A DNA stretch of 64,000 nucleotides from Parcubacteria group bacterium. GTDB lineage: Bacteria; Patescibacteriota; Minisyncoccia; UBA10092. Both the position numbers and the translations under genes were made by a program. Within the stretch, counting starts at the first letter, position 1, and each line of letters starts with the position of its first letter. Shown piece by piece: positions 9,727-20,000 of the stretch. The stretch spans positions 17,191-81,190 of the forward strand of contig JACPLW010000005.1 in the NCBI GenBank assembly GCA_016186325.1. Reading direction: 5' to 3'. The notes under the pieces were generated by a model that did no database searches, was not told the origin of the DNA, and saw only the letters and a list, made by a program, of their open reading frames with translations.

Positions 9727-10992
9727 TTATAGCTTTAAAAGACTCTGTAAATTTTTTCCATCTTTAACCGGCCCAATCATTGCCAGATTAAGTTTTTCCG
9801 GCCGGAAGATGTCGTTAGCCGCGTCATAAACGTCGGTAGCGGTAACTTGCTGCACTTTCTTGATTATATCATATGGCCCTAAAATTTCATTCTTTAAGAT
9901 TTCCTGAAAGCCGTAAAAACTTGCCAATTCGTCCGACGTTTCAATACTTAAAATCAAACTTCCTTCTATTCTTTCTTTGGCTTTATCAAGTTCATTTTTA
10001 CTAACCTTATTTTGTTTTATCTTTTTGTATTCGCCTAAAATAGCCGTTAGTATCGCCTCAATTCGTTGGTTATCAATACCGGCCCAGGTGGTTAAATTGC
10101 CGGTATCAGTAGCTCCATCATGCGAAGTCCTTACATAATAGGCGGCGCCCATTTTATCGCGCAAAAGATCAAATAATCTTGACGACATCCCTCCGCCTAA
10201 AATTGTAGCCAGTACTTCCAGAGCAAACCTTCTTTCATCAAAAATACTATAAGCACGAACGCCGACAGCAATATGCGTTTGGTCTGTTTTCTTATAAAAT
10301 GTTTTGACTTGTGGTTTATTTTGGTATTCTTTTGTCGGAAGTTTTTCCTTTCCGGAACGGCTACTAATCGTTTTAAAAAGATTTTTTGCTTTTTTTAAAA
10401 TGTAATCTGGATTAATTTTTCCAGCGACGACAAGGATAGTTCTCGGAGCAACATAATGATCGCTATGATATTTAACGAAATTATTTCTTTGCAGTTTCGC
10501 GATTATTTCTTTTTTTCCCGCCGTATCCCAACCGGCCGGCTGGTCACCATATAATAACTCTGTCCAAATATCGTCAATCTTTCTAATGGGGCTGTCTTCA
10601 TACATGTTTATTTCTTCAATAATCACCCCCCTTTCTTTGTCTATTTCTTTCTGATTAAAAACCGGATTTAAAGTGATATCGGAAATAATATCTAAAATCA
10701 TGTCCGAATGTTTAGCATCGGCCTTGGCATAGTAACCGGTGTATTCTTGGCTGGTAAAAGCATTGAATTGGGCGCCGATTCTATCAAGAGGTTCAACAAT
10801 GGATAGTGATGTCGGATGTTTTTTCGTTCCTTTAAAAGTCATGTGTTCCAAGAAATGGGATATCCCGTTGATTTCCTTGGTTTCGTATTTTGAGCCGGTG
10901 GCAACTAAAACTAAAACCGTTACCGTTTCGGTTTTTAGCATTGGCACGGTGATTATTCTTAAGCCATTTGGTAATGTGGTTTTTTTATACAT
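9727..10992 (-). CDS. M16-family (pitrilysin/insulinase-like) zinc peptidase
   Basis: Inverted zinc-binding motif HFLEHM (HxxEH) near the N-terminus; size about 420 aa. Confidence 0.8.
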   Translation of the reverse strand: MYKKTTLPNGLRIITVPMLKTETVTVLVLVATGSKYETKEINGISHFLEHMTFKGTKKHPTSLSIVEPLDRIGAQFNAFTSQEYTGYYAKADAKHSDMILDIISDITLNPVFNQKEIDKERGVIIEEINMYEDSPIRKIDDIWTELLYGDQPAGWDTAGKKEIIAKLQRNNFVKYHSDHYVAPRTILVVAGKINPDYILKKAKNLFKTISSRSGKEKLPTKEYQNKPQVKTFYKKTDQTHIAVGVRAYSIFDERRFALEVLATILGGGMSSRLFDLLRDKMGAAYYVRTSHDGATDTGNLTTWAGIDNQRIEAILTAILGEYKKIKQNKVSKNELDKAKERIEGSLILSIETSDELASFYGFQEILKNEILGPYDIIKKVQQVTATDVYDAANDIFRPEKLNLAMIGPVKDGKNLQSLLKL

Positions 10993-11100
10993 AGTTTAAA
11001 AAATTAACCTAATTATTCTAATTAACCTAATTGACCTAAAATTTAGAAACTGGGATTTGGGATTTGACTAGAAATTAGAATAATTAGAAATTAGAATAAT

Positions 11101-12492
11101 TTAATCTTCAAGTTGTTTTTTAAAATAATCCACTAAATCTTTAACTGCTACCCTTTCCTGCTTCATCATGTCCCTATTGCGAACTGTGACTTTTTTGTCT
11201 TCAAGCGAGTCAAAATCTACGGTTATGCAAAATGGCGTCCCAATTTCATCTTGCGCATAATAACGTTTCCCGATATTGCCGCGGTCATCCCAAGCGACCA
11301 TAAAATTTTGTTTTAATTCGTCGTAAATCTCTTTCGCTTTATTCACCAATTCGGGCTTATTTGCCAAAAGCGGAAAAACAGCAACCTTATAGGGTGCTAA
11401 TTTTGACGGTAACTTTAGTAAAACTCTGTCATTATCTTCTGCGTAATGTTCTATTAAAACCGCTAAAATGGATCGATCGACCCCCCAAGTCGGTTCAATC
11501 ACATGCGGCCAAAATTCTTCACCGGTTTGAGAATCCCTGTAAGGCGCTGTTTCTTTATAATGATTTCTCAAATCAAAATCGGTTCGATAAGCCAAACCGT
11601 AAAGTTCGTTCTTACCGAAGGGAAAATCATATTCAAAATCTATTGTCCGCTTTGAGTAATGGGCGCGTTTATCTTCGGGTACTTCAAGTTCATAAATATG
11701 TTTTTTATCCAAGCCTAAATCTTTTTCCATCCAATCATGCATTTCTTTCCTCCAATATTCAAAATGTTCCTGCCAATCTTTGTCCTTTTTCGGCACCGGA
11801 ATAAAATATTCAATTTCCATCTGTTCAAATTCACGAGTTCTGAAAATAAAATTCCCCGGCGTAATTTCATTCCTGAATGCTTTGCCGATTTGGGCAATGC
11901 CAAACGGCACGGTTTTTCTGCTTGTATCCAAAACATTTTTAAAATCGACAAACATTCCTTGGGCCGTTTCTGGACGCAAATAAACAACATTCTCTCTACT
12001 TTCTACAGGCCCGAGATTAGTTTTAAACATTAAGTTAAACTGCCTTGGGATAGTCCAGTCATGAACTCCGCCATTCGGACATTTAATATTTAATTTAATA
12101 AGATTCTTTAGTTGCTTAATAGGATCAATATCGTGAACAATAGGTTCAGGATATTCCAGAGCAATTAAAATATCGCTCCGCTCACGATAATTACATTTTT
12201 TACACTCAACCAATGGATCGTTAAAAGTCGCAACATGCCCGCTCGCTTCCCAAACTTTTGGATTCATTATTAAAGCCGAATCAATACCAATGATATCGTC
12301 GCGATTTTGAACAAACTTTTTCCACCACAGTTGCTTAATATTGTTTTTAAGTTCAACGCCTAATGGACCATAATCCCAGGAATTAGCCAATCCGCCATAA
12401 ATTTCACTGCCGGGAAAAATAAATCCCCGCCTTTTGGCAAGCGATACAATTTTTTCCATTAAATTTTCTTGGTTATCTTTTGTTTGCGCCAT
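11101..12492 (-). CDS. glyQS: Glycyl-tRNA synthetase, alpha2 (GlyQS) type
   Basis: Class II GlyRS N-terminus (RRGFIFPGSEIYGGLANSWDYGPLG) and a length of about 460 aa. Confidence 0.85.
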   Translation of the reverse strand: MAQTKDNQENLMEKIVSLAKRRGFIFPGSEIYGGLANSWDYGPLGVELKNNIKQLWWKKFVQNRDDIIGIDSALIMNPKVWEASGHVATFNDPLVECKKCNYRERSDILIALEYPEPIVHDIDPIKQLKNLIKLNIKCPNGGVHDWTIPRQFNLMFKTNLGPVESRENVVYLRPETAQGMFVDFKNVLDTSRKTVPFGIAQIGKAFRNEITPGNFIFRTREFEQMEIEYFIPVPKKDKDWQEHFEYWRKEMHDWMEKDLGLDKKHIYELEVPEDKRAHYSKRTIDFEYDFPFGKNELYGLAYRTDFDLRNHYKETAPYRDSQTGEEFWPHVIEPTWGVDRSILAVLIEHYAEDNDRVLLKLPSKLAPYKVAVFPLLANKPELVNKAKEIYDELKQNFMVAWDDRGNIGKRYYAQDEIGTPFCITVDFDSLEDKKVTVRNRDMMKQERVAVKDLVDYFKKQLED

Positions 12493-12606
12493 TTATATAA
12501 ACTGATTAAACTCAAAAATAATTTCAGAAACTATAAGCCATAATAACATAATTTCTAACTAATTTACAATATTAAACAAATATTTGTTTACGATTAAAAA
12601 TCGATT

Positions 12607-12642
12607 CCCCTCAATTTATTGCTATAGCAAGAAATTGAGGGG
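12607..12642. promoter_or_regulatory. 36-bp near-perfect palindrome with a CTATAG core (candidate operator upstream of glyQS, or terminator of the PaaX-like gene)
   Basis: Read directly: cccctcaatttattgctatagcaagaaattgagggg. A 16-bp perfect AT palindrome aaacaaatatttgttt lies at 12574..12589. Confidence 0.4.
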
Positions 12643-12669
12643 ACAAAATTTTATTAACTAATTTCTTTA

Positions 12670-13230
12670 TTAAACAATTTTAAAAAATTGCCGCAAGTCA
12701 CCCTCCCGCTTATCTATAGACTCTACAGTACAATAATTCACATAACGACTAATTGACAGAAACTCGCAAATAAAATCTATCTCGTTTTGACAATCATAAG
12801 GATAAACAAAAACGCTCTCTTGTAAATGATACAGCCCCAAATCTCTTAATTTATTGGATAGAGCGTTTCTTTCTTTTTTCTTTTTTTCCGGAATATCAAA
12901 AATTACCAATCGCCATTTTTTATCCCACTCTTTAGTATTTAATAACTCTATGTCATCATAATCAAATCGTTTTAATAAATTTCTGCCATTAGCGGTAATT
13001 TTTACATAAATATTATCGCCCTTTTCTACCAATTCTACCAATCTTTTATTGTTCAACCGTTTTACGGCATCATGAATACGTCGTTTATCAATTTTATCCC
13101 AATTTCTGCGCCAGCGCATTAATGGTTTTAAAAGTTGGGCAACATTGGGCGCGAATAGCGACGATAAAATTAATGTGCCGGAAGCGGCTATAAATAAAAC
13201 GTCTCTGGTTAACGATTTTTTGTGCAGCAT
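12670..13230 (-). CDS. PaaX-like transcriptional regulator homolog (N-terminal hydrophobic segment, winged helix, PaaX/Cas2-like fold domain)
   Basis: The motif WRLVIFDIPEKKKKERNALSNKLRDLGLYHLQESVFVYP matches the PaaX core (W..VVYD.PE..R..LR..L...GFG.LQ.SVW..P). A winged-helix-like segment precedes it. Paralog at 25847..26416. Confidence 0.45.
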   Translation of the reverse strand: MLHKKSLTRDVLFIAASGTLILSSLFAPNVAQLLKPLMRWRRNWDKIDKRRIHDAVKRLNNKRLVELVEKGDNIYVKITANGRNLLKRFDYDDIELLNTKEWDKKWRLVIFDIPEKKKKERNALSNKLRDLGLYHLQESVFVYPYDCQNEIDFICEFLSISRYVNYCTVESIDKREGDLRQFFKIV

Positions 13231-13305
13231 GTAGTTTTTTTAATTTTGTATACTAAGTTATATTTTTCATTAACTATTTAGTAATCACTTGTTTATATTA
13301 CCAAC

Positions 13306-13351
13306 ATAATATCCTCAATTCCTGACTATAGCAGGGAATTGAGGATATTAT
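13306..13351. promoter_or_regulatory. About 46-bp imperfect palindrome with the same CCTCAATT...CTATAGC...AATTGAGG core, 75-120 nt upstream of the PaaX-like gene
   Basis: Read directly: ataatatcctcaattcctgactatagcagggaattgaggatattat. Confidence 0.4.
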
Positions 13352-13423
13352 AAGAGATATCAATGTTCATAAATATTGTAATACTGTTCACATATAAGTC
13401 GAGTTAAAACTTTTTCAGAGTGT

Positions 13424-13452
13424 TAACTAAAAAAGCTGGGATTTCCAGCTTC
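13424..13452 (-). terminator. Rho-independent terminator after the lipoprotein gene
   Basis: On the minus strand, hairpin agctgg/ccagct followed by tttttt. Confidence 0.5.
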
Positions 13453-13459
13453 GTAAGGG

Positions 13460-13960
13460 TTATTTATCAAATAATGTCCATTTACTGAACCACGTTTCAA
13501 TCCCGTCGAGTGTAATTGCAGCGCCTATGGGTTTCCCGTCAGCACCGAAAGTCACCTCTACTTTATCAGGACTTTGGGCATGATGGATTAGCCAACTGCC
13601 ATCTGGCTGCGGTACGGCAATCATGTGATCTGGGGTATCGCCCGAAACTGGATCACGATCTTTGTCGCACGACCAAGCTTTAAATCCTACTTTTCCAAAA
13701 TATGAATATACCCCGAGCTTCATTCCATTGTAATGGATATAATATTTCCGCGTACCGATTGTTACGTTCTCTCCGTTCTTCGTTTGCACTTCAATCAAGT
13801 AATCTGAGGGAATATCTGCGCGCTTTGCCCAACCAGAACTTTTTTCATCTGGCACTGCACCATCGGGCAAAGGAATACATTTATTTGCTGAATTTACCGG
13901 TAACTGAACACAAGCTGCAAACAGTAAAACAACGGGAATCAAAAAAACCGACTTTAACAT
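13460..13960 (-). CDS. Putative lipoprotein
   Basis: Signal peptide with a lipobox-like LLFAAC sequence; no recognisable domain. Confidence 0.4.
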   Translation of the reverse strand: MLKSVFLIPVVLLFAACVQLPVNSANKCIPLPDGAVPDEKSSGWAKRADIPSDYLIEVQTKNGENVTIGTRKYYIHYNGMKLGVYSYFGKVGFKAWSCDKDRDPVSGDTPDHMIAVPQPDGSWLIHHAQSPDKVEVTFGADGKPIGAAITLDGIETWFSKWTLFDK

Positions 13961-14045
13961 TATAAACCTCCTTGGGTAATATTATAAAAGTACGATAATA
14001 TCTTCTCTATATTAAATTGATAAGTATATTTTGTCAACGACAAAT

Positions 14046-15833
14046 TTACGGCTGAACGCGGCTTTTGAGAATTCCGACGCCGGGATCATCGGGCATGTCG
14101 GTCTTTACCGCCGGCGCTATTGCCGAAATAGGATTTCCGGTAAACAAATCATTGCCGCTTAAGATAGCGTCATTTATAACCGGCACAACACTTCCAATCT
14201 TTGTAACCGAAGGAGTTAAGGAAAGCTGAAAAATCGCTTCATAAGGATCAAGAAGAACGCCTGTTGCCGCCTGAATTTTTCCGATATTCCAGGATAGTTC
14301 ACTGGTTCTTTCGTTAAATTCCAGTAGAGCGCTTCCAGCTCCCGCTTTTTTATCAAGCCACTTTACGCCTTCTGGAAGTGTCGCCTTAACAACAACATTG
14401 TTGAGATCGTTAGAATAATTTGTAACCAGCCAATGGATGGTAAAAGTCGTGGTTTGATTTACGCGCGGCGGGATTGGCCCGGAGTTCTTTAAAACCGAAT
14501 CATAGTAATACCCTCTCGCCTTCAAATCAGCCGCGGTATTAACCTTGATGGCGATATCACTAGTTGCCGAAAGAGATTTAACAGCAAGCGAAGGCGGAAT
14601 AGTAAGCGTTTCCATGGTCGCCGAGACCTGAAGCAAGAAATTTTTATCGCGGAAAGTTCTGATAATGTAACGAGGCCTGACATTGACGTAAAAACTGACT
14701 TCGCCAGATTCATTAGGAGACAAATTCTTAAACTGCGGTTGATTGGCGGCGTTCCAGACAATCACATTGGTTACACTGTTATAAAAGCCGTCGGTTTTTA
14801 AAGTCGGCAAATCATACATTAAACCGTCAAGATTGGCTTTCAAAACTATGTCGGACAAAGCAACGCCGGTATTATTTTCGTAACTTATTTTAAACTGCAA
14901 GGAATCTCCGAGATTAGCCGTGATTGACGTCCCGTTATTAACGAATATATCAAGCCTAAGCGGAGAAGAGGCCAGATTGATTTGCGGCAAGGTTTCCAAA
15001 AATTTAAAGAATTTACCGTCTTGGGAGACTCCAATCGCCAAACTAAACTGAACATTCGTAACATTTTTTAAAATACCCGAAACAACGATATCTCCTTCTT
15101 CGTTCGGGTTCAAGTCGCCTAAATTCCAACTATTATTGTTTTTGGACGGCAACTTGTCGGAAGAAATAAAATTAAATTCGGAAGGATAAACAATTTCAAT
15201 TACCGCGTTTTTAAAAACATGTTCGGTATTGTTCTTATAATGAACGATGAAGTTATTCTTTATATTTGGCAATACCGATTCGGGTGTTTTAAAGTCAATA
15301 AATAGAGCGGAGCCATAAATAGCTACTTCTTTTGTTGACTCGTTTTCAAAAGTTGAGCTGGTGTTTTGCGGTTTGTAACTTAGGCTAACTTCAAGTTTTT
15401 GAATGCTTTTATCGGTCCCGATAAAAGCTAGATTTATTTCTTGTTTGCCGCCGCCGCCGATGCCGATATTCCCCAGATCAATACTCTGGATAACTTTGCC
15501 GCCGGGAACCATTGCATTCTGCGGATAGCGAACGGTCAAAACTGCGTTTTGAAGAATTTGTTTGGTATTGTTCCAGTAAGACACGGAATAAGAAGCGGGC
15601 TCGCCGCTAGCAACCTGTGCCGGCCCAGAAACTCCAAAGTCAACCTGGGATTTTTTAAAAGATGTCAGCCAAAAATAAAAACCGACACCGCTAAAAACGA
15701 CGATTGTTAAGAATACAATGCTTGAAATAAACAAACTCTTTTTTTGCCTTGGGGAAAAAAAACGGATTGCTTGAGACAGCGAAGGGCCGGAAAGCTCCGG
15801 TGAAGTTTGCGAAGAAGAAGGAATTTCTACCAT
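14046..15833 (-). CDS. Large membrane-anchored/secreted surface protein (hypothetical)
   Basis: N-terminal TM segment after a charged leader; long N/S/T-rich extracellular region. Confidence 0.4.
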   Translation of the reverse strand: MVEIPSSSQTSPELSGPSLSQAIRFFSPRQKKSLFISSIVFLTIVVFSGVGFYFWLTSFKKSQVDFGVSGPAQVASGEPASYSVSYWNNTKQILQNAVLTVRYPQNAMVPGGKVIQSIDLGNIGIGGGGKQEINLAFIGTDKSIQKLEVSLSYKPQNTSSTFENESTKEVAIYGSALFIDFKTPESVLPNIKNNFIVHYKNNTEHVFKNAVIEIVYPSEFNFISSDKLPSKNNNSWNLGDLNPNEEGDIVVSGILKNVTNVQFSLAIGVSQDGKFFKFLETLPQINLASSPLRLDIFVNNGTSITANLGDSLQFKISYENNTGVALSDIVLKANLDGLMYDLPTLKTDGFYNSVTNVIVWNAANQPQFKNLSPNESGEVSFYVNVRPRYIIRTFRDKNFLLQVSATMETLTIPPSLAVKSLSATSDIAIKVNTAADLKARGYYYDSVLKNSGPIPPRVNQTTTFTIHWLVTNYSNDLNNVVVKATLPEGVKWLDKKAGAGSALLEFNERTSELSWNIGKIQAATGVLLDPYEAIFQLSLTPSVTKIGSVVPVINDAILSGNDLFTGNPISAIAPAVKTDMPDDPGVGILKSRVQP

Positions 15834-15850
15834 AAATTTATTTAGATTTA

Positions 15851-16348
15851 TTATAGCACATTGAAATCCCCCAGATAATACCTGGCTTCTTCAAAATTAT
15901 CCCCAAACCCCATTATTTTAGTAAAGCCGGATTTAAAATCGCTTAAAAATTTGTCAGCACTGCCATTTTCAACATCTCTTGCTTTTAAAAAACCTTCAAG
16001 AATAAAATTCCACAACACTTCGTCTTTTTGCGGCTCTTTTAACATTGTCAAAGCAAAATTAGCCATTTTTGTAAAAAGCGTAATTTTATCGGGAGCAGTA
16101 TTGTTAAGCAGCGGCCCATGCGAAAGAGCGGTAGTAATAATAAGTTCGCCGCCTTTTTTTGAAATCAGTTCAACCCAAACAAAATTAAACGGTTCAAGAT
16201 GGCCCGTAAGTTTGGCATTGATTTTTCGAACACTTCCCGCCGTAGCCCTCACCTTGCCGAAATCTTGCGTATATAAATGATAAAGGCGATCAGCTTCAAA
16301 AATATCCTCCCGTTTTAAAACAAGCGCGTTAGTTTGATAAGAATTCAT
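15851..16348 (-). CDS. RecO-like DNA repair protein (N-terminal OB-fold region, short)
   Basis: N-terminus ALVLKREDIFEADRLYHLYTQDFGKVRATAGSVRK resembles the RecO N-terminal domain. Confidence 0.45.
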   Translation of the reverse strand: MNSYQTNALVLKREDIFEADRLYHLYTQDFGKVRATAGSVRKINAKLTGHLEPFNFVWVELISKKGGELIITTALSHGPLLNNTAPDKITLFTKMANFALTMLKEPQKDEVLWNFILEGFLKARDVENGSADKFLSDFKSGFTKIMGFGDNFEEARYYLGDFNVL

Positions 16349-16354
16349 TTTTAA

Positions 16355-16385
16355 AAATAAAAAATCCTATTAGGATTATCTAATA
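16355..16385 (-). terminator. Hairpin terminator between the clpP-like and recO-like genes
   Basis: On the minus strand, stem cctattag/ctaatagg followed by ttttt. Confidence 0.4.
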
Positions 16386-16389
16386 GGAC

Positions 16390-17028
16390 TTACAAAAGAG
16401 CAAACTCACTAAAAGAGTTGAGGACATGATCGACCAATCCGTAAGCAACACTCTCTTTGGCGTCCATCCAAAAATCAAGACGGTTGATGTCGCTCTCAAT
16501 CAGGTCTGGCGCCTTATTCGTATGCCGGGATAAAATGCCGATGTAAAGAGTTTTGACTTTGTTGAACTCTCTGACTTGATTTTCAACCTCTTTCGGATCA
16601 CCGCCGAAATGACTTCTGGGCATATGAATCATCGTCCGAGAATTCGGAAGTATATATCTGTGGCCCGGCTCGCCGCCTACTAGAATTGGAACCGCTGCCG
16701 AAGCCACTACTCCCGTGGCAACTGTGTAAATAGGCGAGCGCGACGCCTTCATAATGTCATAAAGATTAAGGTAGGCCGACGCCAAACCGCCGGGCGAATC
16801 AATCATCAGCTTAATAGGTTCGCGATTGAGCGAATCAAGATAAATAATTTGGTCTATAACACTGCGTGGAGAAGACGCCCAGTCAAAGGGTATTGAACCG
16901 TCGTTGTAATAAGCAAGGCCGCCCGTTCCATCAAGCTGGCAATCAAGAAAAAGCAGGCGTTCTTCAAAAAACAACTGACGAAGGAATCTTGCGTTACTGC
17001 GTTTGAAATTATTGTTGCTCACCAGCAT
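16390..17028 (-). CDS. clpP: ATP-dependent Clp protease proteolytic subunit
   Basis: S14 family motifs: IDSPGG, VASAAV (catalytic Ser), MIHMP (His), AYGLVD (Asp region). The N-terminal region is extended. Confidence 0.6.
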   Translation of the reverse strand: MLVSNNNFKRSNARFLRQLFFEERLLFLDCQLDGTGGLAYYNDGSIPFDWASSPRSVIDQIIYLDSLNREPIKLMIDSPGGLASAYLNLYDIMKASRSPIYTVATGVVASAAVPILVGGEPGHRYILPNSRTMIHMPRSHFGGDPKEVENQVREFNKVKTLYIGILSRHTNKAPDLIESDINRLDFWMDAKESVAYGLVDHVLNSFSEFALL

Positions 17029-17094
17029 GACGGAGCCTCTTTCTATTTTTATTTAAAAGATCAAATTGACAGTACTCTTAAGTTACAAGTTAAT

Positions 17095-20000
17095 TTACAT
17101 TTTGGCAATACCTATCCAGATATCCTTGCTTTCCAACTTAAAATGACGGTCAATAAGCAAACCGTCTTTAATTACGCCGACAAATTCAATTTTTCTCGCG
17201 CCGACTTCGGAAGTTAAAGTTTTTTCCCATTTCGAAATAATTTTTTGGATATTTTCTTCTCCTTTCATATAAACCACTATCGTTTCTTTAGGCGTTAAAC
17301 CTCCGTCTTTTCTCATACCTTGAATCTGGCGGGCTATTTCTCTGGTCAAGCCCTCTTCTTTCAGTTCGGTGGTAATTTTTGTGTCTAATTCTATTTTATC
17401 GCCAAAAACAATTTCTTTGACATTTACCTCATCTTTAATAAGATCTAAAAGTTCTGGGTATTTTTTCAACCCGGTTTCGGCAATGGTAAGCGCTTGAAGC
17501 GGCTGGCGCACTTTGATGCCCGCTTCCGCCCGAAGAGCCAGTGCTTCGGCAGAAATTTCTCTAACTAGGCCCATTTGTTTTTCTAATTTTAAATCAATAA
17601 GTTTTTTATCGGCTTTTGGCCAGTCGCATAGATGAACCGATTCCGGCATTTTATCTCTTTTCAAAAACAAATAAATTTCTTCCGATAAAAACGGCAGAAA
17701 CGGAGAAATAACTTTTACTAAATTCAAAAGCACGAAATAAAGCGTTTCGGCAGCCTCCTCTTTTTCTTTTTTAGATTTTGGCCTCTGAAATCTCTCCCGA
17801 GAACGCCGTATATGCCAAAGGGAAAGATCGTCAATAAAGAATTCTTCGATAGCCCTGCTGGCGTAAGCCGGATTATACTTATCCAGATTTTGGGTAACCT
17901 TTTCTATCAGATTATTCAGACGCGACAAAATCCAAAAGTCTAACAAATTTTGAGGATTGGTGCCGCGCCCGCCTAAATTTCCGGTGGAAATTTTGGCGGG
18001 TAAATAAGTTTTAAAAAAAATAAAACTATTCCAAAAATTAATAAGTTTCCTTTCGGATTCTTTAGCGGCGCCGTACCCAAATTTTAAGTTATCCGCCGGA
18101 TTCTGTTTAACATACATCCAGCGCATAACGTCAACGCCGATTTTTTCCGCCGCCTCGTCAAACCAGATGGCATTTCCTTTTGATTTATGCATCTCCTCTC
18201 CTTTTTCATCCCGAACCGAAGCATAACCGAAAACTGTTTTCATTGGCGGTAATTTTTCTAAAACAGTACTCATTACGATAAGAGAATAAAACCAATTTTT
18301 AAATTGTCCGGGAAAAGACTCGCAAACCAATTCTGCGGGAAACCATTTGCGCCAAAATTTTTTGCCCGGCACGTTACTGCCATCGGGCAGTTTTACGTGC
18401 TCATTAAAATATCTCATCGTTGAGTAGGGAACGATTCCGGCATCCAGCCAGGGATTGCCGACATCGAGAATACGCGAAGTTTTTTCATCGCACTTGGGAC
18501 ACTTAATCTTAATTTCGTCAACGTAGGGCCGATGCAAATCTAAATCGCCTTCATTATTATAGGGCCAATTATGGCCCGCCATTTCAACAACGGAACCAGT
18601 TACTCCGTCAATGCTAAACTTTTCAAATGCTTCTTCATTTTTATAACCCTGGTAGGAACTGGCGGCCGCAATTATCGGATTAGCATGGCTTACTATCAAA
18701 ATCGTTTTGCCTTCATATTTCCTGTCCGTTTCTTTCAAAAAATCCATCATCCTTTTTTTGACATCTTTTAAGTTTTCACCGCCGCTTGGTCTGACGACAT
18801 ATTGATCCACCTTGCCACCAAAAAGCGAATGCCAATCCCCATGAGTGCGCCCGTTATAAGCCCCGGAGTCGTGTTCACGGAGCCGCTTGTCATAAATTAT
18901 TTTTTGGCCCAAAGCGCCGGAAATAATTTGGGCGGTTTCTTTCGTCCGCAATAAGTCGGAAGAAAACACCAAATCCACGCTTTTTTTCTTAAACCACGGA
19001 ACAAGTTTTTCAATTTCTTTAGCACCCCTTATGGTTAATAAGTACTTCTTTTTTTCCGGATAAGAAGAAATGATTTTTAGCCGATTGTTTTCCGCCTCGC
19101 CGTGACGCAGAAAAATATAATGATTAAGTTTTTTTGGCGAGAACTTGTCAAAATCAGCGAGCGAACCGATAACCTCAAAATTGCCGCACCGGCACTCAAA
19201 AATGGGCAGCGCCAATCCCCAATATCTTTTCTTGCTAATCAACCAGTCGGACATATTTTTCAGCCAGTCGATTTCCCTCTCCAGACCAAAAGAGGGAATC
19301 CATTTTATTTTTTTAGCTATTTTTATAAGCGGATTCCTTAACTTGTCCATTGATATGTACCACTCATCGGCAATTTTCCATACCAATTCGGTTTTGCACC
19401 TCCAGCAGATAGGATAACGATGGGTATATTTGGGGGCGCTAAAAAGAAATCCGGCGGTTTTTATGTAATCAATTATTATTTCGGGGCGTTCTTTCGCGTT
19501 TTGGCCGCTAAATTCTCCAAGCCCTTTCACATAAAAAGCTGCGTCATTAATCAAATCAATTGCCGGAATTTTTATTTTTTTCCCCAATCTGTAATCTTCG
19601 GTGCCTTGACCGGGTGCGATATGAATCAACCCCGTTCCTTCGGTTTCACTAACCGGCAAAATTCGTGAGTCGGTGGCAACAACCTTGTGAATAAAGCCGG
19701 ATAAAGCTTTTTTAACAGCTGGCAAGTTATCAAAAGGTGATTTGTAAGTTAAATCGACTAACTCTTTTCCTTTAAAAGTCCTGATAATTTTAAGGTTTAA
19801 TCTTTCAGCTGCTTCTTTTATAAGATAATAGGAAGCTCCGCTTCCAAGTTCACTTGGAAGCGGAGCTTCCAAGTCAGTTGCTTCCACGTAAATTTTGTCG
19901 GGATCTACGGCTACCGCCGCGTTTCCGGGAAGAGTCCAGGGAGTTGTCGTCCAAACCAAAAGATAGGTATTTTTTTTGAAAATGTTGGAAGCTCGGTTTC

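Noticed and set aside
12670-13230. Cas2-like beta-alpha-beta motif (VIFDIPE...ESVF) suggesting a CRISPR Cas2
   Set aside because: The W..VVFDIPE..R..L...L...GF...Q.SVF pattern plus the preceding winged helix matches the PaaX-family core better than Cas2. No CRISPR repeats or cas1 anywhere in the window.
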